A DNA stretch of 64,000 nt from Eledone cirrhosa (taxonomy: Eukaryota). The position numbers and the translations under genes are program-made. Shown here piece by piece: positions 1 to 19,863 of this stretch. Position 1 is the stretch's first letter; each line of letters begins with the position of its first letter. Where the stretch lies: the NCBI GenBank assembly GCA_964016885.1, contig OZ024745.1:32178001-32242000 (forward strand), read 5' to 3'. The notes beneath the pieces were generated by a model. That model was not told where the DNA came from. It searched no databases and saw nothing but the letters and a program-made list of their open reading frames with translations.

Positions 1-1
1 T

Positions 2-1282
2 CTCTTGTAGTTGTCGTACTATGAAAAGAGCGTCTGTGGTACTTTTGCCTGACACAAACCCGAACTGCATTTCATCTAGGTCAATTCTCTCTCTGATTAG
101 CTGCGCTATTACTCTTTCCGTGACCTTCATGACCTGGTCGATTAATTTAATGCCTCTATAGTTACTCCTATCTAGGGCGTCTCCTTTACCCTTATAACAG
201 TTAACGATGATGCTGCTATGCCAGTCCTTCGGAACAACCCCGTTTTGTACGACTTGGTTAACTATGCGGGTGACCATGGTGTGTCCCACCGTGCCAGATG
301 CCTTCAGCATCTCAGCAACTATTTCCGAAGGCCCAGCCGCCTTACCAGTCTTCATATCCTTGATTGCCTTACTTATTATACTCCCCTCGACTAACACTGC
401 TGGTCCCTCTATTGGGTCGATATGGGGGAGACTGCCTTTCTCCCAATTATTCTCCTCATTTAGAAGCCTTTCATAGTGACACTTCCAAGCTACCTTCTTA
501 TCAGCGTCGGTGATGGCAAGTGTGCCATCGTCGTTTAGTACACACTTCTCCCCGACAATATCACGGTTTTCCTTGACGCATTGCCTAGCAATCCTGAACA
601 CCTCACGTTTTTGGTCATCGCGTTGTAGAACATGCTTGAACTTTCTTTCCTCAGCTTCCCTTCTTGCTAAGTACACTTGTCTCCTAGCTTCCCTCCTGGC
701 CACTTGATAGTCCTCTCTACTTCCCCCATCCCGCCATACTTTCCAAGCCTGCTTTTTGGCCTTAATTGACCCCTCCACCTTACTGTTCCACCACCATGTT
801 ACTCTCCTCCTGCCTACAGGCCTGCTCCAGCCACAGACCTCGTCTGTCGCCAACAGCAGGTTTGCTTTCAGAAATTCCCACTCTCCCTCTATATTGTCCG
901 ACTCTAAATGTTCTTCCTTACTGTCGAAAGCATCAAGTAATATGCTTTGAAATTTATTCCTGGCTGTGGGGTCCTTTAACTTCCATATTTTCCTCCTGAG
1001 GATAGTCCTCTTCTGTTGTCGAGTACGTCTCGTCCTGACTATGAGGTCGCTAATTATCAGTCTATGTTGGGAGGTGCATTCTTCATGGGGGAGGGATTTA
1101 GTGTTAACAACAGACACTCTGTCACGTCTTCTGGTAAGGATATAATCTACCTGGCTTGTGTGTTCCCCGGATCTATAGGTGATCAGGTGATTGTCACGTT
1201 TTTTGAAGTTAGTGTTACAGATAGTTAGGTTATTTGCATCACAGAATTCCAGGATTCTGGAGCCTTCCTCATTTCTAGTACC
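2..1282 (-). CDS. RTE-clade LINE ORF: C-terminal APE endonuclease, linker and N-terminal RT; 5'-truncated, runs off the left edge
   Basis: Manual translation gives an unbroken frame [28 protein letters not shown]...SQVDYIL...TWWWN...KAAGPSEI...[18 protein letters not shown]...[22 protein letters not shown]. It is absent from the ORF track because it has no stop inside the window. The last ~55 nt are nearly identical to the start of the copy at 18545. Confidence 0.92.
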
Positions 1283-1348
1283 ATATATATATACATATAT
1301 ACATGTATATATATACATATATATATGTATATATATATACATATATAT

Positions 1349-1381
<33 letters not shown>

Positions 1382-1470
1382 TATATATACATATACATAT
1401 ATATATATACACATATATATATACATATACATATATATACATATATATATACATATACACACATATATAT
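1283..1470. repeat. (TA)n/(TACA)n microsatellite between two RTE copies
   Basis: Direct reading. Confidence 0.97.
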
Positions 1471-3630
1471 CATCATCATCATCACCGTTTTACGTCCGTT
1501 CTTCCACGCTAGCATGGGTTAGACGGGTTGTTCTGTTGTGGGCAGTGTCTGGTCGGCTGACCATGCCTTGCTCATACAGGAACTGATTTGGCTTGATTTC
1601 TACAGCTGGATGCCCTTCCTAACACTAACCTCATTTACAGTGAGTGCTGGGTGCTTTTTCGTGGCGCCTACACGTCCACTTTACAGTGTGGGCTGGGTGC
1701 TTTTTTGCCGCGGCACCTCCACGACCACCTTGCAGTGGGAGGGTATGGGGGCATATTGTCTATATGCTTCAGCTTCTACCCATGGGAGGTCGGGTACTCT
1801 GTGTTACTGCGTGACGCCAGAGGTCACGGTCGTGTGTCATCGCCTTTGAGAGGTGTAATTGGGTAAGGTCGGCTTTTATCACCTCATCCCAGGTCATCTT
1901 GGGTCTCCCCACTCCGCGGTTTCCATCGACTTCTAGTGCTCTGCACCTTTTTATGCAGCTGTCATCCTTCATACGCATCACATGTCCATACCAACGCATC
2001 CGCCTCTCCTGTACACACCATTTGATTCCTCTTATGCTCAGTCTCTCTCTCAATTCATTTATGCTTTGTCATTCACGTATATTACTATTACATATCCATC
2101 GGAGCATGCAGGCTTCGTTTCTCTCTAATCTACGTAAGTCTTCCACCTTCAGCGCCCAGGTCTCACTACCATGTAACATTGCTGTTCGGATACACGCATC
2201 ATACAGTCTGCCTTTCATTTTGAGGGAGAAGCCTTTTGCAGCTGTTCTTATCCTAGTTATTGTATTTTCTGAACACCCACCTCGGCTGCTCATTCGGTCA
2301 CCTAGGTAGCAGAAGCTGTCTACTGTCTCTACAGAGCCCTCCCAGAGATTGGTAGTACTTGTTTCCTGTGGCTGTTTGTTGCTTGCTGTCCCAGTACAGC
2401 TGCTGCATGTGAATCCTACATTCTTAACTAAGCTTCCTGAGATTCCACTACATCTCTTGTGTAGCCATTGTTTGCATTTGGGGCAGAGAATGGAGTTCCT
2501 ACCTACACCTTTCCTACATACTGAGCAAGGCCATTTCCCTGAGGGGATCTGGGTTCTGTTTTCTCATCTACTTACAAGGACCTTAGTCTTTGTCATGTTG
2601 ACTTTGAGACCCTTTCTTTCTAGTCCCTGCTAGTTTGGAATTTCTTCTCTAGTTCTACCATAGATTCAGCTATAAGTGTGAGGTCATCAGCATACAGGAG
2701 TTCCCATGGGCATCCGGTCTTAAACTCCTCTGTTATTGCCTGCAGGACTATGATGAACAGGAGAGGGCTAAGAACAGAGCCCTGGTGGACCCCAACCTGT
2801 ACGCTAAATTCCTCGTTATACTCTTTGCTAATCCTAACTTTGCTGACTGCTCCCCTATACATGGCTTGTACAGCTTTCACAAGCATTCATCTACTCCTAG
2901 TTTTCTAAGAGCCCACCAGATTACAGCACGTGGAACTCTGTCAAAGGCTTTCTCGTGATCGATGAATGCCAGGTAGAGTGGCTTACTTTTAGCTAGGTAC
3001 TTTTCCTGTAACTGCCTCACAAGGAAGTGGTGCCTCTTCCTGGTACAAACCCAAATTGCATCTCATCTAGTTTCACCCAGTCCCTAATCAACTGTGCTAT
3101 AACTCTTTCTGTTACTTTCATGACCTGGTTGATCAGCTTTATACCTCTATAGTTTCCTCTATCGAGTGCATCACCTTTACCTTTGTAGCAGTTGACAATG
3201 ATGCTACTGCACCAATCTTTTGGTATGACACCTTCTAGTATTACCTGGTTAACAATACGTGTGGTTATAGTGTGACCTACAGACCCAGATGCCTTCAGCA
3301 TCTCGGCAGCTATACCCGATGGACCGGTTGCCTTCCCCATCTTCATATCTTTGATTGCCTTACTTACTACGCTGCTGCTGACTTGTTCTGCTGGCCCCTC
3401 TATAGGGTCTACTTGGGGTAGGGTCTCTTCTTCCCATGCATTCTCCTCATTTAGTAATCTATCATAATGACTCTTCCATGCATCTTTCTTCTCAGCACTT
3501 GTGAGGGCAAGCTCACCTTTATCATTCCAGATACACCTCTCTCCAATGACATCACAATTCTCTCTGACATACTGCCTCGCAATCTTGAACACCTCCTGTT
3601 TCTGGTTCTCATGTTGCAAAACATGCTTGA
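1471..3630 (-). mobile_element. RTE-clade LINE, 5'-truncated, RT broken by frameshifts and stops; 3' UTR ends in (GAT)n
   Basis: ORF pieces 3017..3630 (KATGPSG, NYRGIKL, QFGF), 2620..2886 ([17 protein letters not shown]), 2069..2293 and 1769..2053 (RWYGHVMRM...GRPKMTW). The (CAT)n tail lies at 1471-1486. Confidence 0.93.
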
Positions 3631-3810
3631 ATATATAGACATATATACATATATATAGACATATATATACATATATATATAGACATATATATACATATAT
3701 ATATATTCCTTGCAAGCAGGGAAAAGCGGATGAAAAATGATGATGATACACATACATATACATATACACAATACATATACATTACATATACATTACACAT
3801 ACATATACAT
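3631..3810. repeat. (TA)n tract containing a ~40-bp RTE/SINE 3' tail (3708-3746, + strand)
   Basis: CCTTGCAAGCAGGGAAAAGCGGATGAAAAATGATGATGA matches the SINE 3' terminus seen elsewhere in the window. Confidence 0.8.
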
Positions 3811-4359
3811 TATTCCAAAAACCCCAAAAAGAAGATAGAATAAAAATTCGAAGATAAAATACTTGAAAGAAATTGTAAAACAATTGGTGTTTCACAATCT
3901 ATTTTGTAGATGATCTGTAACTTCAGTGCAAGTTACTACACAAATCAGAACAGTTGGACAACAATATTGAACACCCACCTCACTTTTTAATGTAGAATAT
4001 AGAACAATAAGGACACCTTTAAAACAAACAGTTAAACAAAAATATATAAGATAAAAACAAAATAATATAATTTAACAAAGTCCAATATTTAGAATGTATT
4101 ACTGTAATAATAAACTAGGCGGGGCAAAAGAACCAGCCCAATTATTGATTTCTCTAGTTACATTAAACCCCCACCCCTCTCTATCACCACCACCTCTCTC
4201 TTATTCAACAGAAGAAAGCTGACTGAAATTGTAATGATGGAGCTGTTCATTTCCATTATTAGCAATCTGCAAATGAAAATCCACATTTTATTTATTATCA
4301 TTATTATCATCATCATAAAGAAACCATTATTACCATTATTATTATTATTATCTCTTTGA

Positions 4360-5050
4360 ACTGAGCTGTAGTTTTGGGTCAAGTGATGACCAAGACTTGG
4401 TGTCTGGCCGTTTGAATAGTGTCAGGCACTCACAGCCCTCTAAGAATTGTGCAATGCAGTCAGTGGAAATTCCATGTTAGTGTTCTATTGAGGACTAATA
4501 TTGGACAAGAACAACAACACTCTAGGAGAAACCCAGAGAAGATGAACTTGACTATTCTATTCCAGAGGAATTTTAGTCACTATGAATAATTTCTAGAAAT
4601 CCCTGGCCAGTCAGATCTACTGTGAGGCACTGCTGGTTTGAGACAAGCCCTACAAGCACAGAAAGTCAGATGGACCTGTCTGAGATGCTATTTTGCATGC
4701 ACTCATTCAAGGAAATTTTGTTGAACAGTTACTGTTGCATGTAGGAAGAATCTGGCTATTGGCTGACTCTATTATCAAGATTTCTACACTGCCTTCTTTT
4801 GGCCAGGAAGAGCATGAAGTTTCCCCTGTTTAGTGGCTATACTAAAAGAAGTTGTGTGGAGGACGAGGCTGAAACTACTGAAGACAGACTCATTCCTCTT
4901 CAGTCAAGTTCTCATCGATATCTTCAAGTTCAACTTGAAAAGAAAGGTGAGAAGGAACTGTGTGAGAAGGAACAGTGGAGAAGGAACTGTTGTCACATTG
5001 TATATTTGTTAAAAGGTGTGAATGCAGCAAATATTGTATGTGTGAGCCTA
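4360..5050 (+). mobile_element. Possible highly decayed LINE 3' region (L1/Tx1-like)
   Basis: GC-richer, coding-like composition with a TCLRC...LHAL zinc-knuckle-like remnant near 4672-4706. No intact frame. Confidence 0.3.
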
Positions 5051-5269
5051 CTATAAGCATGTGTATGTAGGTTGGAGAGAATAGAGGGGTAAGTGATGCT
5101 TGTCTATGGTGCCCTTGATGATCACGGTGATTTCAAATCTGTGGTGTTCCTTATTTACCCCTGGGTGGTACCCCACCCCCACCACCACAAAATTTAATTC
5201 AGTTTTCATCAATTTTTGTTGTTGTTATTTCTTTCTCTCTTTATGCATGTATACATAAATACTCATTGT

Positions 5270-5628
5270 GCCCGAGTTACAGACGTTTACATTCTGAGTT
5301 CACAATGATTAGCTTTGCCTTTCATCCTTACGGGGTTGAAAAAATAAAGTACCAGTCACATACTGGGTCGATTTAATCGACCCCCCCCCCCCCAAAAAAA
5401 AAAATTGCTGGCCTTGTGCCTATATAAGAAACCATTATTATTATTATTTGACAGTATTGGTAGAGGGTCGGACGCCATGCTTTGCAACATAGAGTTACTG
5501 CCCTTTACGATCTGAGTTCAAATCCCGCTGAGGTTAACTTTGCCTTTCATCCTTACGGGATCAATAAAATAAAGCACCAGTAATACACTGGGATAATTGC
5601 TGGCCTTGTGCCAAATGTAGAAACAATT
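5270..5628 (+). mobile_element. Two tandem tRNA-derived SINEs with a Deu/Nin-type domain
   Basis: B-box-like TCTGAGTTCAAATCC, then TTTGCCTTTCATCCTTACGGG..ATAAAATAAAGTACCAG, then TTGCTGGCCTTGTGCC and a (TTA)n tail. Confidence 0.8.
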
Positions 5629-5904
5629 ATTATTATTATTATTATTAGTAGTAGTAGTAGTAGTGTTTATATATTTATTTCTCTGAAAATTCTTTCAAAT
5701 TAATTTCACAAATTAATATCTTTTATCGTTTAGTTGGTTTATTTATTCATTGTCTTTTTACTTCTATTATTTTTTTCTTTTCTTTTTGTTTTCTGCTATT
5801 TAAAACTACTAATGATCAGTCTTCATAATTATGAATTCAATAACTTCAGTCATTTATTTTTCCATAAATGTCAATATACAACTATTCCCATTGTTACTTT
5901 GATT

Positions 5905-6032
5905 GGTACCACCACCACCACAGCTATGATCAATACTAGCAGCAATACCACAACTATCATTACTACTATTACTATCACAATTACCATAACCACCATTACT
6001 ATGACTATCAAAATTACTATTGCGAATACCAT
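5905..6032. repeat. Degenerate (ACT/ACC/ATT)n trinucleotide tract
   Basis: Direct reading; it explains the Thr/Ile-rich pseudo-ORF. Confidence 0.8.
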
Positions 6033-6089
6033 TGCCAGCTTCAAAATTTAAATGCGGCAAAACTTTAAAGGGTGCCATTCGCATATGAT

Positions 6090-7600
6090 CAGAAAAAAAT
6101 GCCACTAGTTATTTCTAATTTAGAATACAAATACTAAGTAATATATGGCTTGAAAATGTCTTACCAATACTTGAAAATTAAATCTGTGTAGAACATTCTC
6201 TTTGTTGGTCTTCACCCGCTGGTCATTTTGATGAATGACAGTAATAAATCAAACTTTTTTCCCGTTTTTAATTTTTTGTGGTAAAGAGAATCAGCATTGA
6301 TTCTTTACCAAACTAACTAGTAGTGACTTAAGTAGCAAGTATAAAAATCACATAAATGTTTATGAAGAGCATTTGTAAATATGTAGACTTACAAACAAAT
6401 TATAATTTTCTTGGAAACTTCAAGTTATTGTTCACCATACATGAATTGTAGCATTTCCTCCATATACATATAATTTCAAGATAGATGTTAACATTTAAGG
6501 TGTCAGCTGATCAAGTTTACAGAGATCAACATACTGAGCTTGTTACACAGGCATTAACACTTTGGTTGCCATATTTCTAATGTACCAGCCTAGTACTGGG
6601 GTTGATTCCTTTTCTATCTTTCGCCCTCCCTGGAAAGAAATTGGCTGTATTCTGACCTGGAGAGTAGATGAGTTCCATCAGGTTTAAAGTACATCACAGC
6701 AATGGCCTTATGACTCCATCAGGAGTAACAGGTCTACATACATCTTTCATAATAAATTTACATTTAGTGATACCTCAACAAAAAAATAAAACAATAATCT
6801 AGCCAACACAGACCTAGTGACTGATTAAGAAATATATTTCATTGCAGCTTTTACCTAACACAAGTTTAAGTTGATGGGAGCTGCAGTGCTCAAAATATTC
6901 TGCTTTTGAGTATATGGCTTGGGTTCTTTTCTGATTTCCATTGACTTCATCACTTTTTGTAAAGCAACCATCATATCTTTTTTCATGTAATTTGTCAACT
7001 GGAATATCCCAATCATAAAAATTGTCAACATTTGATTCCATATTTGTTTGGACAGCCTTCACAAAGTCCAGAAAAAGTTCATTAACACTTTAATTTTTGT
7101 TGTTGTTGATGATATAATGGATTTAAATAGAGAGTTGGGATTTAGTGAATATATTCTCTGTTTGACTGTCACTCTTTTTTTATATTAGTAAAGTATTGTT
7201 TGGGATGCATGTAGCATAAGCTATAAGACTATAGATATTTTACCTAAGGTGACCATCATGGACCAATCCTGCCTCCTGTAGATTAGTATATATGAGTTAC
7301 TGCATACATTAAATAATTTATGTTCTTTTTACTCTCCTAAGTTCTGACAGGCTGTCACAAATAAAATAATAAATTCTAAATCAAAGATATATTTGAAACT
7401 ACAGTTTGCTATTCGGTGGTATTTATCCAATCAAAAGGTGAGTGCATGTTCTTAGATTAAGTACTGCTATGTTGGCAGTTCCATTATTTCAGTGTAGCAT
7501 AAATTTTAATATTGCTATTTAATTCTAAAGTATATTGATTGGCATCATTGTTTAGGATGAAGAGCAAAGAAAAGTTTTCAAAAGGTGCAAGTTTGCTTCT
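6090..7600 (-). pseudogene. Decayed hAT-superfamily transposase (ZMYM1/PRKRIR-like)
   Basis: ORF 6814..7062 reads YDGC...NG.Q......SKAEYFEHCSSHQLKLVL, matching the hAT motif YDGA...GVQ......PKA..VHC.aH.LnLvl. Boundaries are approximate. Confidence 0.65.
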
Positions 7601-8084
7601 ATACTTTTCTACTAAAGCAGTTACCTTAACTACCCCACCGTGGATGCAGGCCTAACGATAACAATAACAACCACCATCTTAATCCAATTTCACTATTTCC
7701 AGTGAAACCACCATCAAATATTTTCAATATATATATATATCAACCATAATTGATATGTTTTCATGCCAAAAATTTATATATATATATATAAATAGAGAGA
7801 GGGGGGGGCATGCATTTATGCATACAAGCAAGAAAAAGAAACTACTTAATATAAAAATGAAATTTGTATATTATTAATTGTTACTTTAGCTTTGTTAATG
7901 CTGATTTTCTGAAAATAAAAATTAACTTAAAGCAAAATTTTATTAGCTTCAGCTTCCATTAACAAATTATATATGCACCCATAAATACACACACATGCAC
8001 ACTTCATTCTTAGTTGTTTCCCACTCTGTCAAATATATATGAACTTTATTACAAATTTCTTCTTTTTCTTTGCCCACTTATTCG

Positions 8085-8325
8085 TGAGAGGGTGGTGGGG
8101 ACAGAGTCCTCAAACGTGCCTTCCAATGGGTCCTGTCAGAAGTAATCATCTCTAACTAATCCAGCTGGATCCCCAGATGGGGCCAGCCAAGCTTATGGAT
8201 GATATCCAACCATCTTGCTCTGGGTCTCCTGCTGGTTGATTTAGTTTGTAAAATCTGTCCAGCAATTCTTTCCTGAGATATTCTAATCACATGTCCCTAG
8301 TATCGGAGCTGTGATCTCTCAATAA
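8085..8325 (-). mobile_element. Old RTE 3' fragment
   Basis: Minus strand reads IERSQLRY*GHVIRISQERIAGQIL...RPRARWLDI. Confidence 0.7.
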
Positions 8326-8921
8326 CAAATTTCCAATTTAATGATGATGAAATTATTGTGTACAGTGCTCAGGTGCACTAATTTGTATTTTTCTCATTTT
8401 GAAAGAGAATCTTGCTCTTTTGCCGTGCACCTAATTACATCTTGTGACACCAATGCATGGTAGGTGAAACATTAATCTAAAGTATGAGCAATTTAGGAAA
8501 CATTAGTCAGGGTAGAACTATAGCTAAACAACAACAAAAAACATTAGTAGTAACAACAATAACAGCAACAACCCTCTGCTTTCTTATCCCTCTCTAATGT
8601 CTCTCTATATATATAGATAGACTATTCATGAACCACTTCATATACATTTTTTGTTCTTTGTTTTTGAATTGATTTAGAACCATTTGTTATGGTTTAAGTG
8701 TTAGTCCTGGGATTAAATAATAAACGTTGCTTAAAACCAAATCACATCATTTTAAATATTTTCCCATAAACACTATTTCCCTGAACAACTCTGAAACATA
8801 GCAATATTACACTACTCCATTGTTTTGAGCCTCCTTCAAACACACTTCATATAAAGTGGATAACACATTAGCATTTGGAATATTCCCAAAGTAACTTTCA
8901 GATACTCTGTAAAACAGTTTC

Positions 8922-9180
8922 CATCATCATCATAATCATCATCACCTCCATTTAATGTCCATCATCTGCTAGCAAGTGTTGGACAGGTCTTCACAGACCA
9001 TGTCAGTACTCAGATAAGAGAGGGATCTATATCTTGTTTACATGTATTCCCATTCTATACTGAATGCATCTTATTATGGTACTAGGGAGATTGTCATGTC
9101 TTTGACACAACTAGAGGGTCCTCTTAACCCTTAGTTTGGCAGACTTTCTATGGCTGAATGTCCTTCCCATACACCAACTA
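8922..9180 (-). mobile_element. Decayed RTE 3' UTR or SINE tail with (GAT)n end
   Basis: (CAT)n + TTTAATGTCC..GCTAGCA..GGAC and TTTCTATGGCTGAATGTCCTTCC motifs shared with RTE tails in this window. Confidence 0.6.
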
Positions 9181-9245
9181 CTTTTGAAATAGAAATCCAA
9201 AACAAAAACTAATTTTTATTTAACCAGGATCCTGTTTGATAATGT

Positions 9246-9475
9246 GGAGGCACGTGGCTCAGTGGTAAGGCTGTTGGACTTATGGTCATAATGTTATAGG
9301 TTCGAATCCTGATCTGGGTATGTGTTGCATTCTTGAGCAAAACACTTCATTTCATGTTGCTTTAAACCTGCAATGACTGGCATCCTGTCCAGGAGGGAGT
9401 CTTGTACTCTCAGCTACTTCGTGCCATGATAATCACAATAAGTACTGGCCCAATGGACCTCTGGGCTCAAGACTC
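9246..9475 (+). mobile_element. tRNA-derived CORE-type SINE (older subfamily)
   Basis: A box TGGCTCAGTGG, B box GGTTCGAATCC, CORE-like CTTGAGCAAAACACTT. Confidence 0.75.
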
Positions 9476-9676
9476 TCTTAGCTATTTGATAATACCCTAT
9501 AAATTAATAAACATTATACATCTCTAACAATTATAACAACCATTCTCCCACCTTTCTTTAAAATAATCTAACGATGTATAAAGTAGATACAAAAACTATT
9601 TAATGTAATATCCCAAATGCTTATATTTTAAGATCCATTAATTAATTTGAGATTAAAGAGCGCTGTATTTACACAA

Positions 9677-14015
<4,339 letters not shown>

Positions 14016-14627
14016 GGTGGCTGCCAACTCGTTTTCGAGTACGGCCACTACTTTATATCCATGTAGGAGAACCCCTACCGATGCGCTGAACGAGTGTGAC
14101 TTTTTAGTCCAGCCAGCGACTTGAAAACTCTGGTACAAACACTACACTTGTGACAATTATTGACACATAGTGCTTTGCCTTTGGTACCATGTGACGACAA
14201 GTGCAGAGAGATCTCCAGATATAAAGCAATGCCTGTGCCGTGAAGCTTTTATAGTGAGCAAAGGCACTGCACAAAGCCAGTCCCACTCTCTTAACCAAGA
14301 TGATATTTACCAAAAAGAAGAACAAGTCAACATCATTGGATACCATCAGGGTTGCAGGTGTTATATTAGAGTTTTCCTTCTCCTAGAATTCTGCCTTGAC
14401 AAAGGCTAAGGGGTCATCTCTCCCAGTGATTTTGGATGGCCATTGACTCTTAAGAGCACCTTTGCCCTTTGACAGGTTTTGTTTTTAGTCCTGCAGGATG
14501 TCCAAAGTCACCCTCCTCACCAAGAAACCTTGGTGGGGTTGCCAGTTTAGTCGCCAACGACCCGACCATGAGACAGGTTGTACTGGGATACATGTTACCA
14601 GTAGCACCAAGTGGTGACCTGACATGC
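14016..14627 (-). mobile_element. Non-autonomous bipartite RTE derivative (RTE 5'UTR-like part + C-terminal zinc-finger part), copy 1
   Basis: Near-identical inverted copy at 21743-22317. Contains TAGCCTTTGTCAAGGCAGAATTCTAGGAGAAGGAAAACTCT (RTE 5'UTR-like motif) and [25 protein letters not shown] near the 3' end. Confidence 0.7.
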
Positions 14628-14679
14628 ATATATATATATATATACACATATATATATATATACACATATATATATATAT

Positions 14680-14730
<51 letters not shown>

Positions 14731-14750
14731 TATATATATATATACATATA

Positions 14751-17120
<2,370 letters not shown>

Positions 17121-17443
17121 ATATACATGTATATATGTGCGCACACACACACACACACACATATTACAATACACATATCTATTTTCTATTACACAGAAAT
17201 TAAGCCTTATTCTGTAAATTAACCGGAGATTATATATATTCTTATTTTATACTTTATTATATTGTATTATATTATATAATTTTGTTGTTTATTATTTATT
17301 ATAAGTGTTTCTTGTAATTATTGCCCCATGTATATTGGGTAGATGTATTAGCATTATTTTCACTATTACCATGCTTATTTTTAATATTTTTGATGTTTAA
17401 ACTTCCAATAAGGCTTAATTTGTGTGTATATATATATATATAC

Positions 17444-17501
<58 letters not shown>

Positions 17502-17507
17502 ATATAT

Positions 17508-17986
17508 CATTTCATCATTTCATTTCATTTTACGTCCACTTTTCCCTGCTTGCAAGGGTGGGACAGGAACTGATTCTGGGTTGATTTCTACAGCTGGATG
17601 CCCTTCCTAACACCAACCTCATTTACAGTGAGTGCTGGGTGCTTTTTTGCCGTGGCACCTCCACGACCACTTAGCAGTGGAATGTTTCCTTGAGCAAGAC
17701 ACTTTATTTCATATTGCTGCAGTTTACTCAGCTGTAGAAATGAGATGATAGGACTGGAGTCCTTATCATTCCACTGCAAAGTGGTCGTGGAGGTGCCACG
17801 GCAAAAAAGCACCCAGCCCACACTGTAAAGTGGACATGTAGGCGCCATGGAAAAAAGCACCCAGCACTCACTGTAAATGAGGTTGGTGTTAGGAAGGGCA
17901 TCCAGCTGAAGAAATCAAGCCAGAATCAGTTCCCGTCCCACCTTTGCAAGCAGGGAGAAGTGGACGTAAAATGATGATGATGATGA
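17508..17986. mobile_element. Two partial CORE-type SINEs joined head-to-head (17508-17684 minus; 17684-17986 plus)
   Basis: Both halves match the full copies at 39431-39770 and 48365-48725, giving ~170-bp inverted arms. Confidence 0.85.
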
Positions 17987-18114
17987 TATATATGCGTGTA
18001 TAGATATATATATGTGTGTTTATATATATGGGTACATATATATATGTGTGTGTATATATATATATATGTATGTATATATATATGTATGTATATATGTATG
18101 TATGTATATATGTA

Positions 18115-18150
<36 letters not shown>

Positions 18151-18508
18151 CATGTATTTATATATGTATGTAAATATATATATATACATGTATTTATATA
18201 TGTATATATATACATGTATATATATATGTATGTATGTATATATGTATGAATATATATATATATATATTTACATGTATTTATATATGTATATAAATATATA
18301 TATATACATGTATTTATATATGTATATATATACATGTATATATATATATATACATATATAAATACATGTATATATATATATATATTCATACATATATACA
18401 TACATACATATATATATATATATTCATACATATATACATACATACATATATATATATATATATTCATACATATATACATACATACATATATATGGGTACA
18501 TATATATA

Positions 18509-18544
<36 letters not shown>
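17987..18544. repeat. (TA)n/(TATG)n array with internal inverted segments
   Basis: Direct reading; interruption polarity switches from G-type to C-type near 18340. Confidence 0.95.
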
Positions 18545-18548
<4 letters not shown>

Positions 18549-19863
18549 AGGCAAAAGTACCACAGACGCTCTTTTCATAGTACGACAACTACAGGAGAAG
18601 TACCTAGCTAAAGGTAAACCCCTCTACTTAGCTTTTGTCGACTTGGAGAAAGCCTTCGACAGAGTCCCCCGCTCCATTATCTGGTGGGCTCTTAGAAAAC
18701 TAGGCGTTGACGAATGGCTTGTGAGGGCTATACAAGCCATGTATAAAGAAACAGTCAGCAAGGTTAGAATTAACAACGAATATAGTGAAGAGTTTAGCGT
18801 AAAAGTTGGCGTCCATCAGGGCTCTGTTCTCAGCCCACTACTATTTATTATTGCCCTTCAGGCTATAACAGAGGAGTTCAAGACAGGCTGCCCATGGGAA
18901 CTCCTATACGCAGACGACCTGACACTCATAGCGGAATCAATGGCCGAGCTAGAGAAGAAATTCCAAACATGGAAGCACGGCCTAGAGTCAAAAGGACTTA
19001 AAATTAACCTGGCTAAGACCAAAGTACTAGTTTGTAGGAAAGAAAACAAGGCGGCGGTCCCTTCTGGGAAATGGTCGTGCTCGGTGTGTAGGAAAGGCGT
19101 AGGTAGAAACTCCATTTTATGTCCTAAATGCAAAGTATGGGTGCATAAAAGATGTAGTGGGATCACAGGTAAGCTAACTAAGAACATAGATTTTACATGT
19201 GGCCGGTGCTCTGGTGCAATAAGTAGCAGCAAGTGCCCACAAAATACTAGCTCTTTCAATTGTGCAGAGGGTTCTATAGAAATAGTGGACAGCTTCCGTT
19301 ACCTGGGCGATAAAATCAGCAGTGGGGGAGGGTGCTCTGAAAGTACTGTAGCTAGAGTCAGAACTGGTTGGAAAAAGTTCAGAGAGCTTATACCACTATT
19401 AGCTGCTAAAGGGTTCTCACTAAAAATGAAAGGCAGGTTGTACGATGCCTGCATACGAACAGCAATGCTGCATGGCAGTGAGACCTGGGCATTGTGTGCA
19501 GAGGATATACGCAGACTAGAGAGGAACGAAGCTTGCATGCTCCGCTGGATGTGTAACAGTAATATACGTGAACGGCAAAGCATAAACGAACTAAGGAAAA
19601 AATTAGAGATAAGAGGGATCAGATGTTGTTTACTCGAGAGAAGGCTACGTTGGTATGGACACGTGATGCGCATGAAAGTCGATAGCTGTATAACAAAGTG
19701 CAGGGCAATAAAGATAGACGGTAGTCACGGAATAGGCAGACCTAGAAAAACCTGGGACGAGCTGATAAACTCCGACATCACACACTTACACCTCTCCAAG
19801 ACAATGTCACTGGACCGAGACCTTTGGCGGTACTCAGTAACAGAGAAGACCCGCCTTACCTAA
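18544..19863 (+). CDS. RTE reverse transcriptase C-terminal half with an inserted C4HC3 finger
   Basis: [58 protein letters not shown]; no stops. Confidence 0.93.
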
